Shown here: positions 9,409-23,143 of the stretch, in pieces
Layout: each line of letters opens with the position of its first letter
Position numbering within the stretch: the stretch's first letter is position 1
NCBI GenBank assembly: GCA_051362555.1
Contig: CM120643.1
Location: 3,348,001-3,412,000 of the forward strand
DNA: 64,000 nt
Reading direction: 5' to 3'
From: Lingula anatina
Taxonomy: Eukaryota > Animalia > Brachiopoda
Position numbers and translations under genes: made by a program
Notes under the pieces: model-generated
The model's input: only the letters and a program-made list of their open reading frames with translations
Told to the model about the DNA's origin: nothing
Databases searched by the model: none

Positions 9409-10797
9409 ACTCCGTTCCGTCATGCTCGCGCTGCGGTCAAAGGTCGAAGGTCGCGACCTAACAGCATGGCCGCTCTGCATGGAAGTGTCACTAACTTGTG
9501 TATTGTAGATTTAGCGCCGTATTTCCATTATTTGGGATTTAAATGAAGAATTAACCTATGGGTTTAGTTGGATAAACTCCAGGACATATGTCTCTAAGGA
9601 AAAACGAAGTCTTAGGTAAGATTTAATGTAAAGTTATTGAAGAAAAGTAGATTCCGGTCATAGCAGACGATCGTGCAGCACATGTTTACATTGTTTCTAA
9701 TGATTTTAAATAGCAGATTCGTGGCTCCTGTGACCCCCTTTGTTACACTATATATATATATATACACACACACACAGTGATCGTTTATCTTTCAATATTA
9801 TGAGTCCAACAGGATGCACATGATATTGAACAATGGGTCCCTGCCGATTGTGATGGGTCCCTGTCATTTTGAACAATAAAGGTTACCACAAAACTAGCAA
9901 TTTGTTACTTTTATTTTTTATGTACAGACACAGATGTGTCTGTACATATTGCCATCACCTGCGTCTGTCGTCGCCGTCGCCGTGCACTTTCATCGTTAAC
10001 ACGATTAGTGGAAGACAGTTTTACTTTTTGGCTTTATATTTACAGAGCTGATAAATATTCATAAAACGCAGGTCAAGTTCGAAAATCAGCATGTTTGGGC
10101 CATTATTGTAGAAGTTATGCTGTTTTTTCACTTTTTACCATATATGCAACACTGTTAACACATTTCAAGAAAAACAGATAGGCCTGTTGTCATGAAACTC
10201 ACAGGAGTAATCAATCTCACTAAAACGCAGGTCAAGTTCGAAAATCAGCATTATCGGGCCATTATTTTAGAAGTTATGCTGTTTTTTCACATTTCCTCAG
10301 ATTCAATTCTTAGGCATGTTAACAGTCTCATTATTTAACTAATAAGATACGTAAAGGTGTTTGTTTCACATTTCCTGCATCTATACAACATTGTTAGTTG
10401 ATTGTGTAAAAATGATGGTAAACTTGTTATCGTGTATTGTGTAATAGAGTTTCAAATATGGAAATAAACTCATATCATTGCAGTTTGTCAGATTCAATCA
10501 TTCACTATGTTCAGAATCTCAGAATGGAGGAAATTGGACATTTAACACTATTCTATTGATATTTTTCCCATCTCATCAATTTTTTTAGTTGATCATATAA
10601 AAATTGCAGTAAACTGTTAATTTTGTTTCATGTTAAAAAATTGTTAAAAATGGAAAAAAAACCCATATCTTGTTTTACATTTCCTAAGATTCAATTCTTA
10701 GGCATGTTAACAGTCTCATTATTTAACTAATAAGACATGTAAAATAAAAGTGTTTGGTTGACATTTCCTGCATCTTTACAACATTATTAGTTGATTA

Positions 10798-13700
10798 CGG
10801 TAATGTGCCATGAATTTCGAACAGTAGAAAATAATTAAATTTGGGAAAAGATCGTTCTGGCCGAAATTCATGAAATGGAGGTGCTCAGAACTTCAAAAAC
10901 GTTCGAATTTCATGGAATTCTGTCAATTTTGACCGGAAGTTGTCTGTTCGTCGCTAGGCCTTCTGTTATCTTCTCCCGACGATCTATTTAGAGTTACCAT
11001 AATGTATGATGTGTGAGTGTCGGTAATTGCGACCAAAGGGATACATGTACTTTCACCCGATCACTGTGTACGGCCCATAGATAGAGCGGTACTGTTGTCT
11101 AGGGCCGCAAAACAGCATCGTTATCAGTAGTGTCGTTTTTCAAAAGCGATTCTGGCAGCCAGAAACTAGTGTCGTTTTTCAAAAACGATCCTGGCGCTCA
11201 GAACGGGAGTGGACGGAGGGAGAGACGGCCGACGATTAGCGTCTGCCACGGTCAGATAACCTTTACTATGGAAGCTTAGTGTTACCGTTGCTCCTTTCCG
11301 TACACTGAAACCGACGGTGAAAGACGACAGCCGATCGGTGTCTATGGCGCACGTGCAGATAGCCTTCATCTGCGATAAGTGTCTTCCGCGACCAGGTTCG
11401 TTGCCTTTACCGTTAAAGTCGGGCGGAGCTTTACGCGCGAGTGCGTCCTCATCTCGCCGTTCGCGGGTCGGTGTCTCCGACGCATACGTAGCCTTCCCTG
11501 CAGAAGCCGGCCTCGGCACTACGGCCTCTCTCCTCCGTGCGGGGAGGCCACTACGACCGCAGATCGGTATCTGCGGCGCACAGGTAGCCTTCACCACGGC
11601 AGCCGAACTGTGTATTACGGTCTCTCTCCGTCGTGCGCTGCGACCAAGATGACCGCTGGTTGTTGTCTGTGATCAAATATACTAGGTTTGGGGGGGGGGG
11701 GGGAGGAAGGGTGCAGGGCCGTTTTTTTTTTTTTTTTCACTCAGGCAACACAATCTTGACCAGCAGCAGCGACTGATTTCCTGGCGCATAGTTGCGTCAA
11801 TGTACGCATTTGAAAAGCGTGCACGTTTTGTCATTGAAACCATCTTCAAACAAACGCGAGAGATAGGTAATCTAGAGTAAACCGAAAAGGCAGTTTTTAT
11901 ATTCTTCAAGGGACTGGAAGATCGGCAATGGGAGATCGTGAGCGATCTGAGCGCGACAATAAGCCAATTTCCACAGTAGTTCAAGGGACTTCGTTACTGT
12001 ATTCGTCAGCAAGAGATCGTCAGCGATCCGAGCAAGCATAGAAGCTTGGACTTTTTGTCCATGCTAGAAGGCAATTTTCATGTAGTCAGCAGGATATGGT
12101 TTGCGGCAGGGACGTAACCAGGCATACGCACGGATACACTACACTATAATTTTTCGGCCAACCATGATTATTCTCTATAAATCTAGTGTACTTTTCAAGG
12201 AATATTATCGAAAATCCCCTTCGATTATAAGTTAACGTCACCTGAATGTACAAATTCTCTGTATAATTTATATATGCACCATTGTTCTGACACCCTTCTC
12301 GTTTGCTTTCACAGAACTGAGGTAAACAATGCTAGTTACCATCAGAAGTCCGATCTTAATCGTCCATCTTGCTGGAACTTGCTTTACCTCTTAATTAGAG
12401 GGTAAAGTGCCCTTCAGCTTCAGCTTTTGTCTTGAGTGTATCGAACGCGATATTTATCTCAGATAAAAATCTACCTGTGTGTTATTTTCAAAGAGCTACT
12501 CCAGCAGATCTGGGGGCACTAGATAAATCTGATCATCGGGCTAAACAAGGAGCCAGAGAAACAAAGGAAGATTGATTTTTCCTGCAAAGCTTCAAAGAAT
12601 TTTGACACGGACTTGATCCAGCTTAACCCTCCAAACTAACGGGGTGGCATGGGCAATTTTTACAAAATTTACAAACAATTAAACTTAGATATATTACAAT
12701 TTTATCCTTTAATATAATTTTGGGAGGCATGCACCCGCATGTAAGTTGGGTGATGTCAGTATGCCCCTAGTTAAATAAATATACCCTTATGAGCAAGGCT
12801 TTTCCCAGCGAACCGTCCAGCCGTCATTTGGACGGCCGCTGACATCACCGGACGGCCTATATTTTCAAAGACGGCTTGCGACTTTTGTTTAATGACGTCT
12901 TGGCTTGTCGGGACAGCTGTGGACGTTGTAAGAAATTTTCTTAGAGTTATTTGACATACCTAGCTTTTATGATGCGTCACAGATGAATGGTACTACTTTG
13001 TAGTGTACGCTGATATTCAGTCACGACGAAAGTACTTCCTAAAGCTTACAAAACACAATAAAATGTTTCTATGAACTTTAAGATACACATTCCACGCCGT
13101 ATGCAGCAGTGACAAGAGTGACCTTCATGCGGTACAAAACACAGCAAACTACAGGCCAATTTGTGAAAGGGGACACCTTCCGGACCTTCATACGCACGGC
13201 AACTGACAAAGCTGATTGACAAAAAGGAAAATTTCAAATTTTCAGCGAGAGATCGTTCGCAATCCGAGAGAGACCAGGAGGCAATTTTCATATTTTTTTA
13301 AAAAGACTTCGTAAGCCAAAGGAGAACGCAATTTTCGTTTCGTCAGCGGGAGATCGTTCGCAATCCGAGTGAAACGAGAAAGCTCATACTCGTTCAGTGG
13401 CTTTCGTTTGCGGAAGATCGTCAGCCGTAGATCGTTCTCGGTTGTTTTTAACCCTCCCTCCCCAATGGAATTTATAATTTTAAAAATATTTTTCATTTCA
13501 TTTGTACATTTCAAGGAACTTCATTAGCGGAAGATCGTCAGCGGGAGATCGTGAACGATCTGAGCGAGACAAGAAAGCAATAATGGCAATCTTTATTGCA
13601 GCTCTTAATATTGCTCTTTTGTTCTGTTACTGACGTCTCTACTGTTAACAATGCTATTGTGCGCCTCAGCAAAACTACCGATCGCTATCTCACACCGAAT

Positions 13701-14063
13701 ACTGCGGTAAATAAACAACAGCCCGACAGTACAACTGTTAATAAATTTTCCTGTTATCTGAATGAATGGATATGACGATGTTGTTTAGCGTCCTAAACTA
13801 ACTGTACCGATCGTTATCTTGCACCTTGGGCCGCACACGTAGTACTCAGGTAAAGGTACGCTAGGGCAACATTGCCGACTGTTATATCTTTATAAGCGCG
13901 AAAATAGCCCGGTGGCCGATTTTAAGGTGTACGAAATTCACGAAATCAAGATCGCGCAAAATTGCTTACTGGCCGAAATTCATGGTCCAGAAAAAACTCC
14001 AGACGGCCGATTTTAAGATCGTTCGAAATTCAAGAGCCGTTCGAAATTCATGGCACTTTACCG
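10798..14063. mobile_element. Non-autonomous TIR DNA transposon with TA TSD (Tc1/mariner-type target)
   Basis: TIRs CGGTAATGTGCCATGAATTTCGAAC and GTTCGAAATTCATGGCACTTTACCG, with TA on both sides. The empty site GTTGATTATGTAAAAATGATGG occurs in the host repeat at ~18021 and ~61112. Confidence 0.88.
12106..12750 (+). repeat. Dispersed ~620-bp repeat (second copy 58338-58935), MITE-like
   Basis: Shared blocks in the same order: AGGCATACGCACGGAT, GGCCAACCATGAT, GAACTGAGGTAAACAAT, GGGGGCACTAGATAAA, TTTTCCTGCAAAGCTTCAAA, TTTGACACGGACTTGA. Confidence 0.8.
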
Positions 14064-15716
14064 TATGTAAAAATGATGGTTACTTGTTATCATGTGTTGT
14101 GTAATAAAGTTTCAAAAATGGAAATAAACTCATATCATTGCTGTTTGTCAGATTCAATCATTCACTATGTTCAGAATCTCAGTATGGAGGAAATTGGACA
14201 TTTAACACTGTTGTATTGATATTTTTCCCATCTCATCAATTTTCTTAGTTGATCGTATAAAAATGGCAGTAACCTGTTAATATTGTTTTATGTTAAAAAA
14301 ATTGTTAAAAATGGGGAAAAAATTTTCAGAACAGTGCTGTCTCACTTCTCCCATGGTGCTTGAAGACCCATGCTAGTCACATTTTCTGAAAATCCATGAT
14401 ACGTATATTTTATTATTAAAAATTGACGGTCATTATGCTGTTAACCATTATGTAATATGGCATCAGAATAGAAGAAAACACAATTTTGGGTGCTGCTGCC
14501 ATGATGACCATTATGGGAAAACCATGTTACTTATGATTGCCAAATTTTCAAAAAAGAAATACGGGACTAAAATGCAGCCTGAGTTGGAAAAACAGTCTAA
14601 TTGGCTTCTTTTTCTGGAAGTTATACATTTTCAAAGTGTGAACTTGTTACACATTTTACTTATATTGGTATTACCTGTTGAGCATAATTAAAATTTGATG
14701 TTGAATTTGCAGTTTAACATAATGTACTTTTGCATCAGAATTGACAGTAGCCTATTTTGAGCATAGTTATTTCCTGTTTTTTGTCTGTACATTTGACAGC
14801 TTTGCTGCCTTGTTGTCTGTACATTTGACAGCTTTGCTGCCTTGTTCAAGTTTGAAAGTTCTGTTGCAGCACTGGTGCTTCTATTGCTAATTTGTGATCT
14901 GACAAGGCTGCGTGTCTCACAAGGGTAGTTCTGAGCATTTTTATGTACAGACACAGATGTGTCTGTACATATAGCCATCATCTGCGTCTGTCGTCGCCGT
15001 CGCCGTGCACTTTTACCGATAACACGATAAGTGGAAAACTGTTTTTTCTTTTGGCTTGAAACTTACAGAACTGATGAATATTCGTAATACGCAGGTCAAG
15101 TTCGAAAATCAGCATGATTGGGTCACTTATAGGGAATTTATGCTGTTTTTTCACTTTTTTCAGCATAAATGCAGCACCGATAACACGATAAGTGGAAAAC
15201 CATTTTACCTTTTCCCTTGAAACTTACAAAACTGATGAACATTCGTAATACGCAGGTCAAGTTCGAAAATCAGCATGATCGGGTCACTTATAGGGAATTT
15301 ATGCTGTTTTTTCACTTTTTTCAGCATATATGCAGCACCGATAACACGATAAGTGGAAAACCATTTTACCTTTTGGCTTGAAACTTACAGAACTGATGAA
15401 TATATATAATACGCAGGTCAAGTTCGAAAATCAGCATGATTGGGTCATTTTTAGTGAATTTAGGCTGTTTTTTCTCTTTTTTCAGCATATATATACAGCA
15501 CCGATAACACCATAAATGGAAAACCATTTTACCTTTTGGCTTGAAACTTACAGAACTGATGAATATTCATAATATGCAGGTCAAGTTTGAAAATCAGCAT
15601 GATCGGGCCATTTTTAGGGATGTTATGCTGTTTTTTCACTTCTTTCAGCATATATGCAGCACCGATAACACGATAAGTGGAAAACCATTTTACCTTTTGG
15701 TTTGAAACTTGCAGAA

Positions 15717-15747
<31 letters not shown>

Positions 15748-15837
15748 TAATGAGTTTAAGCAATTTTTTTTGTGTGTAATTTTCACTGTATCTCATTCTG
15801 GCATTTCCAAAGTTTAACTCTTTATCAGCCTGACACC

Positions 15838-16062
15838 TTAGGGACTATTTCCAGACCCTATCACGCTAACTGTGGATCGATCTATCTCCATGGGAATTCT
15901 CGCTAAATTGCAATCAATGTAAGTGGCTTAGTTGTCTGTCAGGCCTACTGAAACTGGCATGCCAGAATCCTAAGACTCTCAAACTGAAAGCAATTTAGTG
16001 AGAAACCCCTTGGAGTTGCATTGATCCTGTTAGATTGATCTAGGTATGGGAACTTAGTCTAA
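15838..16062. mobile_element. Decayed palindromic MITE
   Basis: Imperfect long inverted repeat (e.g. TCTCGCTAAATTGC vs GCAATTTAGTGAGA); absent from the colinear copy at 59018 onward. Confidence 0.5.
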
Positions 16063-19000
16063 TGCTTGTTCAGTATATATGCAGCACTGATAACACAATA
16101 AGTGGAAAACTGTTTTTTCATTTGGCTTGAAACTTACAGAACTAATGAATATTCATAATACGCAGGTCAAGTTTGAAAATCAGCAAGATCGGGCAATTTT
16201 TATGGAAGTTATCCTGTTTTTTTTTTTTTTTTTTTTTTTTTTTTTCAATTTTTTTCAGCACTTTTATAACACCGATAACATGATAAGTGTAAAAATGTTT
16301 TTCCTTTCCTTGGATTGAAATTTACAGAACTGGTGAATATTTATAATACGCAGGTCAAGTTTGAAAATTGGCATGATTGGACTATTTTTACAAAAGTAAT
16401 GCTGTTTTTTTCCCTTTATTCAGCATACATGCAACACTGATAACGCATTTTAAGGAAAACCAATCAGCCTTTTGTCTTGCAACTCACAGGAGTGATCAAT
16501 CTGACCAGTATACAGATCAAGTTTGAAAATAAGCTTGATCAGTTAAGTTTTGATGAAGTTATTAGCCTTTTTGTATATAAGTGGTTTTTCTTCAGATTTA
16601 ATTCTTAAGCATGTTAACAGTCTCATAACGGTACTAATTGGATATGTTAAAGTGTTGTTTTAACATTTTCTGCTTCTTAACAATATTGTTAGTTGATTAT
16701 ATAAAAATGACGGTAAACCTATTATCCTGCATTGTGTAATAAAGTATCAAAAATGGAAAGGAACTCATCATTGCAGGTTGTCAGATTCAATCATTCACTA
16801 TGTTCAGAATCTCCAAATGGAGCTAATTGGACATTATAAATTGTTCTATTGATATTTTTCCTATGTCAACAATTTTCCTAGTTGATCATTTAAAAATGAC
16901 AGTTAATTGATGATGGTTTTATGTAAAAAAGGTGTTGAAAATGGAAAGAAAATCATTTCAGTACAGTTATCTCTTGTTAACATTTTGGCATTTTGAAAGT
17001 GTGACCCTAACTTCCATTTCCTTGGAGACCTTTCCATATCACATTTTCTGAATATCCATGATACTTTTATTTTTTTATAAAAAATTTGATGGTCATTATG
17101 CTGTTAAGTATTATGTTATATTGCATGAAAGTTAAAGAAAACCCTATTTTGGACACTGCTGCCAGGATAGCGATTAAGGGAAAACCATGTTACTTATGAT
17201 AATCAACCTTACTGAAAAGAGTGAAGTGCAGCTTGTGTTGGAAAACCATCGTAATTGTTTTCTGTTTTGAAAGCAATGCAGTACAGTGCTATTTGGTGCA
17301 ATAAATGTATATGGATAGTAGGCAGTTAATTCAGGGTTATTAAATAATTTGCTTAATTGATTTTCAAGTTATTTCAGGCTTATAAAATAATTTGCTTAAT
17401 TAATTTTCAAGTGGGTATTAAATGAGATTACATAAACACACATTGAGATTTCATTGTAAAGTCCCATCGGTTTAGCTTTCTTAACTGTGTCACATAATTA
17501 GGAATCGATGATTATTATGCAGGTAAATGTTATTTAATATGGAAAATAAGTTTACAAAAAAAATTTTGTGTAACGCTTACATTAATGCTAAAGATGAATA
17601 ACAGTGCCTTATTATTCTCAAACTCAATAGGGTTATTCATATCATGTTAGTAATTGTACAGCTAGATTAAAAGTTTGAATAGCAGCTTTATTGGTATTTT
17701 TTGTTATGTTTTATTTTACATTTTCTTTTAATTTTTTAATGCTGTTTTTTCACTTTTTTCAACATATATGCAACATTAATAACACAATATAAGAAAAACA
17801 GCATAGCCAATTGTCATTATACTCACAGGAGTGGTCAATCTTACAAAAATGCAGGTTGAGTTCGAAAATCAGTGTTATCGGGCCATTATTTTAGAAGTTG
17901 TACTGTTTTTTCAAATTTCCTCAGATTCAATTCTTAGGCATGTTAACAGTCTCATTATTGAACTAATAAGATACGTAAAAGTGTGTGTTTGATATTTCCT
18001 GCATTTTTACAACATTGTTAGTTGATTATGTAAAAATGATGGTAAACTTGTTATCATGTATTGTGTAATCAAGTGTCCAAAACGGAAATAAACTCATATC
18101 ATTGCAGTTTGTCAGATTCAATCATCCACATCTGCCATGATGACCATGATGGGAAAACCGTGTTACTTATGATTGTCAAACTTTCAAAAAAGAAACACAG
18201 GACTAAAATGCAGCCCAAGTTGGAAAAGCAGTCTAATGGGCTTCTTTTTCTGGAAGTTATACATTTTAGTGAAATATTCATTATCTTTTTGGCATATTCA
18301 TTGTGGGACTCGGAGCTCCCATGGACATGAAGCCGGATGGTAATCAAATTTTCTACATGTTCATGCTATTTATAGTCAATAATCAAAAATTGGTGATAAT
18401 TATTCTATAATTTATTATGTAATGTTACATCAAAATTGACAATAATCTTTTTGCACTGCTACTGCAAACATTATGAAAAGAAAACTGTGTTATTTATTAT
18501 TATATTTAACTTAAGAGTATGATTTTAAGGATTGGCATGCAGGTCAAATTAGAAAGCCAGGTCAATTGGGTTATCATTTATTATTGAATTTAATGCAATT
18601 TTGTGTGAAATTTCATTTTTCTCATTCTGGCACTTTCTAAGTATAAACTTGAACTCTGATGGGCCTGAAGCCTTATGCTTTTACTTTCATTGGTGTTACC
18701 TGTTGTGCAAAATTAAAATTTGATGTTGACTGTGCAGTTAAACATAATGTATTATTGCATCAGAAGTGGTAGTCTCCTATTTTGTGCATTATTGTTTTGT
18801 GCTCTTCTTAAGTTGTGACTTATGGGCCTGAAAGACCTTTGAGAGGGTCAGTCTATAAATTTCCCTTGGGTATCACTTCGCTAATTTCAGTTATAAAGTA
18901 ATTTGCCTAATTGATAGGCTACACTAAGCACACTTGTGATTTGAGATTACATAAAGCTAAATAGTTGATATTTCCCTGTAAACTCCCATAGGTTAAGCTC

Positions 19001-19064
19001 TCTGCTAGATTAATAATAAGGAAGCAGTGATAATTATGCAGGTAAATTTTGTTTAATATTGCAA

Positions 19065-19112
<48 letters not shown>

Positions 19113-19115
<3 letters not shown>

Positions 19116-19993
19116 TTTTGTGCAGAGAAGGTGACATTACGGATATGGATAAACTTACGTATCTCAAATTGCACATAATTACAGGGTAAACACAATAGAA
19201 CACAATGCTTAGAGTAAGTCAGCTGGGGTAAGGGAAGTTAGTTGAGTTGGCCTCGTTTTAGGTGATGAGTGACAGCCTTAATTGCCACCTCTCCCTCTAC
19301 CGATGCTGCTGAGTGACAGCTTTAATTGTCATCTCCCAAGTCCCAACCGCTTATCTGATTATCTGCCCGACTGCACACAATCATTGTTTATCTATATGTG
19401 GCACGCTTTCATCGTATTCGTCCTTCAGTTAGTATTTAAAGCCTAGGTCCCAAATACGTTTTCCACGCACGGCATTTTAGGTTCCTTGCGTCCGGCTAGG
19501 ACGTAGCAAGATCGCACGTAGCGGCTGTTGATCATGTCGAAAAGTTAAGCTTAGGTCCCAATTACGTTTTCCACGCACGGCTTTTAGGTTCCTTGCGTTC
19601 GGCTAGGACGTAGCAAGATCGCACGAAGCGGCTGTTGATCATGTCGAAAAGTTTCTACGTGCTGTTTGCGTCCTCCAAAAGTCGCACGATGGACGTGCTC
19701 CTCACGCACGAACTCCCACGTTTTCCCCCATTTTTTGGCCGTAGACCACGCATAGCAGCCCTTACTTTCGGTTGGGATCTAGGCTTTATTTGATTCCCTC
19801 CCTGCGATTTAGCTACGCCCTAGACGGACGCAAGGAGCCTAAAAACCGTGCGTCCAAAACGTAGTTGGGACCTAGGTTTAAGATAGCATTTTCTCTCTTC
19901 ACGATGTCTTGGTTCTCAAGGCTCGGTTACAAATTAATGTCACTCCTAAAATTGTTTCAACAGCCGTTTTTGCTGCGCACATAGTTACAGTTT

Positions 19994-20033
<40 letters not shown>

Positions 20034-23000
20034 ATATTGTGTTGTAGATTTTGAAATTCCCATGTGTTGTTGATTCTGAATATTGAAAATAAAGGAACAA
20101 TAACCCAAATAAGACGGTGTATTTTACGTTTTTCCTTGAGGTATCAATTTCAGCTCAAATTATTACATTGAAATGCTCACACTATTATAAATTTTGAGAA
20201 TATAATTGATTGCAGTTTAACCTGGCTTTGCCCCAACCTTTTCGATCACGAAAAACAACAGGGACCGGGTAATCTATCCAAACGCGTTTTTTTTCTTTAC
20301 TTTTAATTATGAAGCGGCGCGGAGTATTCAATCGGAGATTAAGACGACGACGTTAATATCCAGTGACTCGTACGTCAAATTATGGCTGTACCCACGCACC
20401 ATTTTTCCATTATTTATACCCACCATCCCTAATCAACGATCTCACCTGGTTTCTGACGAATATCGACGCTCGCTTACCGTCATTACAATTTTGTTACAAG
20501 AAATATCCTAACGGCAACTGGATATAACACTTCTACATATTAGTTTGAAGACCTTCATTTGAATTAAGCTGTTTTCTTTGGTACCAACGTCTTACTAATG
20601 AACCACAACTTTAAAACAGGTCGAAAGCGAGTATATAAAAAATGCTCTTGTATTAAGCCATTAAAATTCACCATAGATAAGGGTTTTTCTTAACTGAAGG
20701 AACTTGCAGGCAACATAATTGTACATCACAATAATTTATATGTGTCCACACAATGATCAAAGACTACAGCATGGTTATATAATGTTTTCATGAAATCTGA
20801 CCGGCTATCATTACCAATAAATGTTACAATTTTTTTGGTTGAACTTTGCTTGGTTTGGTGCATGCAAGCTCGTTCTGTCACATTATACGTTACCGATACG
20901 GACTGTCACCAGCACCTATTACTGGCGACGGATGTTTCTTTTGTTTTTTTTTTTTTTTTTTCGAATTTATATCAGAATATTTTATTTATCGCAATAAAGG
21001 AAATGTCTGGCATATATTTATATAGCAAATATTCTTATATGACATTATCCATACAACTTATTCGATCCAGACTTAGTTCACGTGTATCTTGATGGAATGA
21101 TTTAAGCAAGCAGTTTTTTAATAACTTTATTTTAAATTGCAATTTTCAAAGAACTTTATTTTAAATTAATAGTTTTATATTCCCGTTCTTCTGCTGAAAC
21201 GAACAGATTTCTTATTGTTTCATGAATAAAATAATAAATAAAAATCCCTTCTTCATACAATGTTCTTCGTTTGATAATTATCCTTGTTGAACAGTGAACG
21301 AAAATAAAGGCAGTCTCAAGAAATATGTTGATGGAGAGATAGGAAGATGGCGATCTTATCGGAGCTCTCAATTTACCTGTACGTTGCAGTAATTAAACAG
21401 TTAGCTTACGTGTCACCTGAAAATCTTTTGTCCGACTTAAACTTTCAAGATGTGCCAAGTTTGATTTCAATCACGCTCCCTGCGGCAACTGCCGATACGA
21501 AACCAGCACCTGACAACAGTGAAATTATCATCCCAAGAGGAAATCTAAAGCACGGAGCTGTCTGCAAGCCAGCTGTCCAAAGTTGGTAATTTAATAGTGC
21601 AGTTTCAAAATATACGAAACCCTACACCCTGGAATTGATCACAGTATTAAGGAATGTGCTTTTGTGCGACTACATGTAGCCCTATTTCTACAATTATTAT
21701 AATCATTGAATAATAAGACTTTTCCCACCATCAATTAACTCAAACATTACAGAAAGAAATTCCGTTAAGATGTTATGTTGTTGGTGTGATCTGTAAGTTT
21801 GATGTTCATTACATAGGATTGGACGTTGCTTTTACGGGTAAAAAAAAAACCCACAATACTTTTAAAATTAGACTGCGCTAAATAGGGTATCGACTAGTTA
21901 GCAAACTAAAATCAAGGATGGAGGGATGTGCTACAGAAACGGCATAATTACGGATTACTATTAGCACCTCTTTACTATCTAGTATTGTACACCATACTGA
22001 CTCTTGTCAAAGCCGACACAGGCTCTAAATATTGTAATACAATAGATGTAGCGTTTAACTCCCCCCTCACCCCACCGATAATGACTGGCCTGTAATTGTG
22101 CGTTTAACAAAGGTAGTGTTACAGTGATATTCACACCTTAAGCCTCTGGCGATAGTCAAGCAAGCAGAAGAAGATATAAAACCTCCTTCACTACAAACTG
22201 AGCCACACAACAGTGGTCAAATTCCTGCTTAAATCAAGACGGCTATTCCAGCCCACTTTCCCGCCATTTTGCATTAATTTGACACATGTAGTCGTAGGTG
22301 TAGTGTAAAATGTCAACGAAGTACTGATTGGCTTAAAAACCGGAAGCTAGAGGAAATGAACCAAGCGTTTACCTTGGCACAAATGGCCTTCGTTAAATTT
22401 GTACGCAGTCATGTGACGTGAAAGTGCCGTGAAACTTATTACGAGTTTTCGCATTTATGTTACTCCGATTGAACAGTATGATTAAAAAGGGAAAAAAAGG
22501 GAAATTATTTTGGGTTTAAATGTTATTTATTTTTTTATTTTTTTGGATATTTTAAAGTCGGCTCACTGACTCACTTAGTCAAAGTTATGCCTGGGTTGCA
22601 TCACAGTTAGCGGGAAACTGGACCTGCATTATTATAGACCACAACACAGTGACGTATCATCGACTCGTTGACAAAGGTATCATTTACAAGAAATCAGTAA
22701 ATCAATGTGAATAACTTTTAAACATCCCATTCTAACCAGAGCAAAGGGTCGCGTCGCAGCGTAACACAGGACGATTTAATAACCCACAATTAAGCGAGAT
22801 CATATATCACGCCTGTTTTCACACCTGATTGTGTGTTGCCGAAAGGCGAGAAACACCCCGCCGTCACCCTATTTGCGTAAGCCCACCCCTTCTTACTCAT
22901 CGCTGCATGTGTGTAAGATGTACGTAAGATGTGAGTAAGATGTACGTAAGTCGGCATTGTCCTTTAGCCTACGGATTTTCACACAATTCTTTTGTCCTCT

Positions 23001-23077
23001 TAAGGGGCGTACGTAAGACAAGTTAATCGTTTTTGAAGTAAGCGTATCCGTAATGGCATCTTCTCTGCACAAAACTG
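19113..23077. mobile_element. ~4-kb non-autonomous TIR element inserted in a (TA)n microsatellite
   Basis: TIRs CAGTTTTGTGCAGAGAAGGTGACATTACGGATA and TATCCGTAATGGCATCTTCTCTGCACAAAACTG, with (TA)n on both sides. An uninterrupted (TA)n occupies the equivalent site at 63184-63207. Confidence 0.9.
19440..19878. mobile_element. PIF/Harbinger-type MITE with a tandemly duplicated left end
   Basis: TIRs AGCCTAGGTCCCAAATACGTTTT and AAAACGTAGTTGGGACCTAGGTT; TAA TSD at 19437-19439 and 19879-19881. The first ~108 bp is repeated at 19548. Confidence 0.8.
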
Positions 23078-23143
23078 TATATATATATATATATATCAAA
23101 CTGAAAGATTAAAAGTTTGAATAGCAGCTTCATTGGAATTATA

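Larger units (their letters stand above)
369..9747 (-). mobile_element. Ty3/Gypsy LTR retrotransposon, gag-less, with an extra zinc-finger ORF
   Basis: Two long direct repeats TGTAACG...TGTTACA (369-2372 and 7201-9747). PBS next to 7201, polypurine tract next to 2372, pol in PR-RT-RH-IN order, (TA)n on both flanks. Confidence 0.96.
7201..9747 (-). repeat. 5' LTR (~2.55 kb) of the Gypsy element
   Basis: TGTAACG...TGTTACA; adjacent to the PBS; contains a TATA box and the GATAAC array. Confidence 0.95.
9915..14846 (+). mobile_element. Helentron-associated non-autonomous element (HINE/DINE-1-like), copy 1, interrupted by 10798-14063
   Basis: T-run, then palindrome TGTACAGACACA-GA-TGTGTCTGTACA, then a GTCGCC microsatellite. 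3' end TGTCTGTACAT + hairpin GACAGC-TTT-GCTGCC + TTGTT, duplicated at 14782-14846. Confidence 0.75.

Noticed and set aside
11166-11672. Overlapping ORFs of 97-143 aa
   Set aside because: Explained by local high GC inside a non-autonomous element; no domain and no consistent frame.
14978-16318. Recurrent ORFs such as MLKKVKKQHKFPISDPIMLIFELDL (also at 54378)
   Set aside because: Translations of the non-coding 161-bp repeat; the frames break between units.
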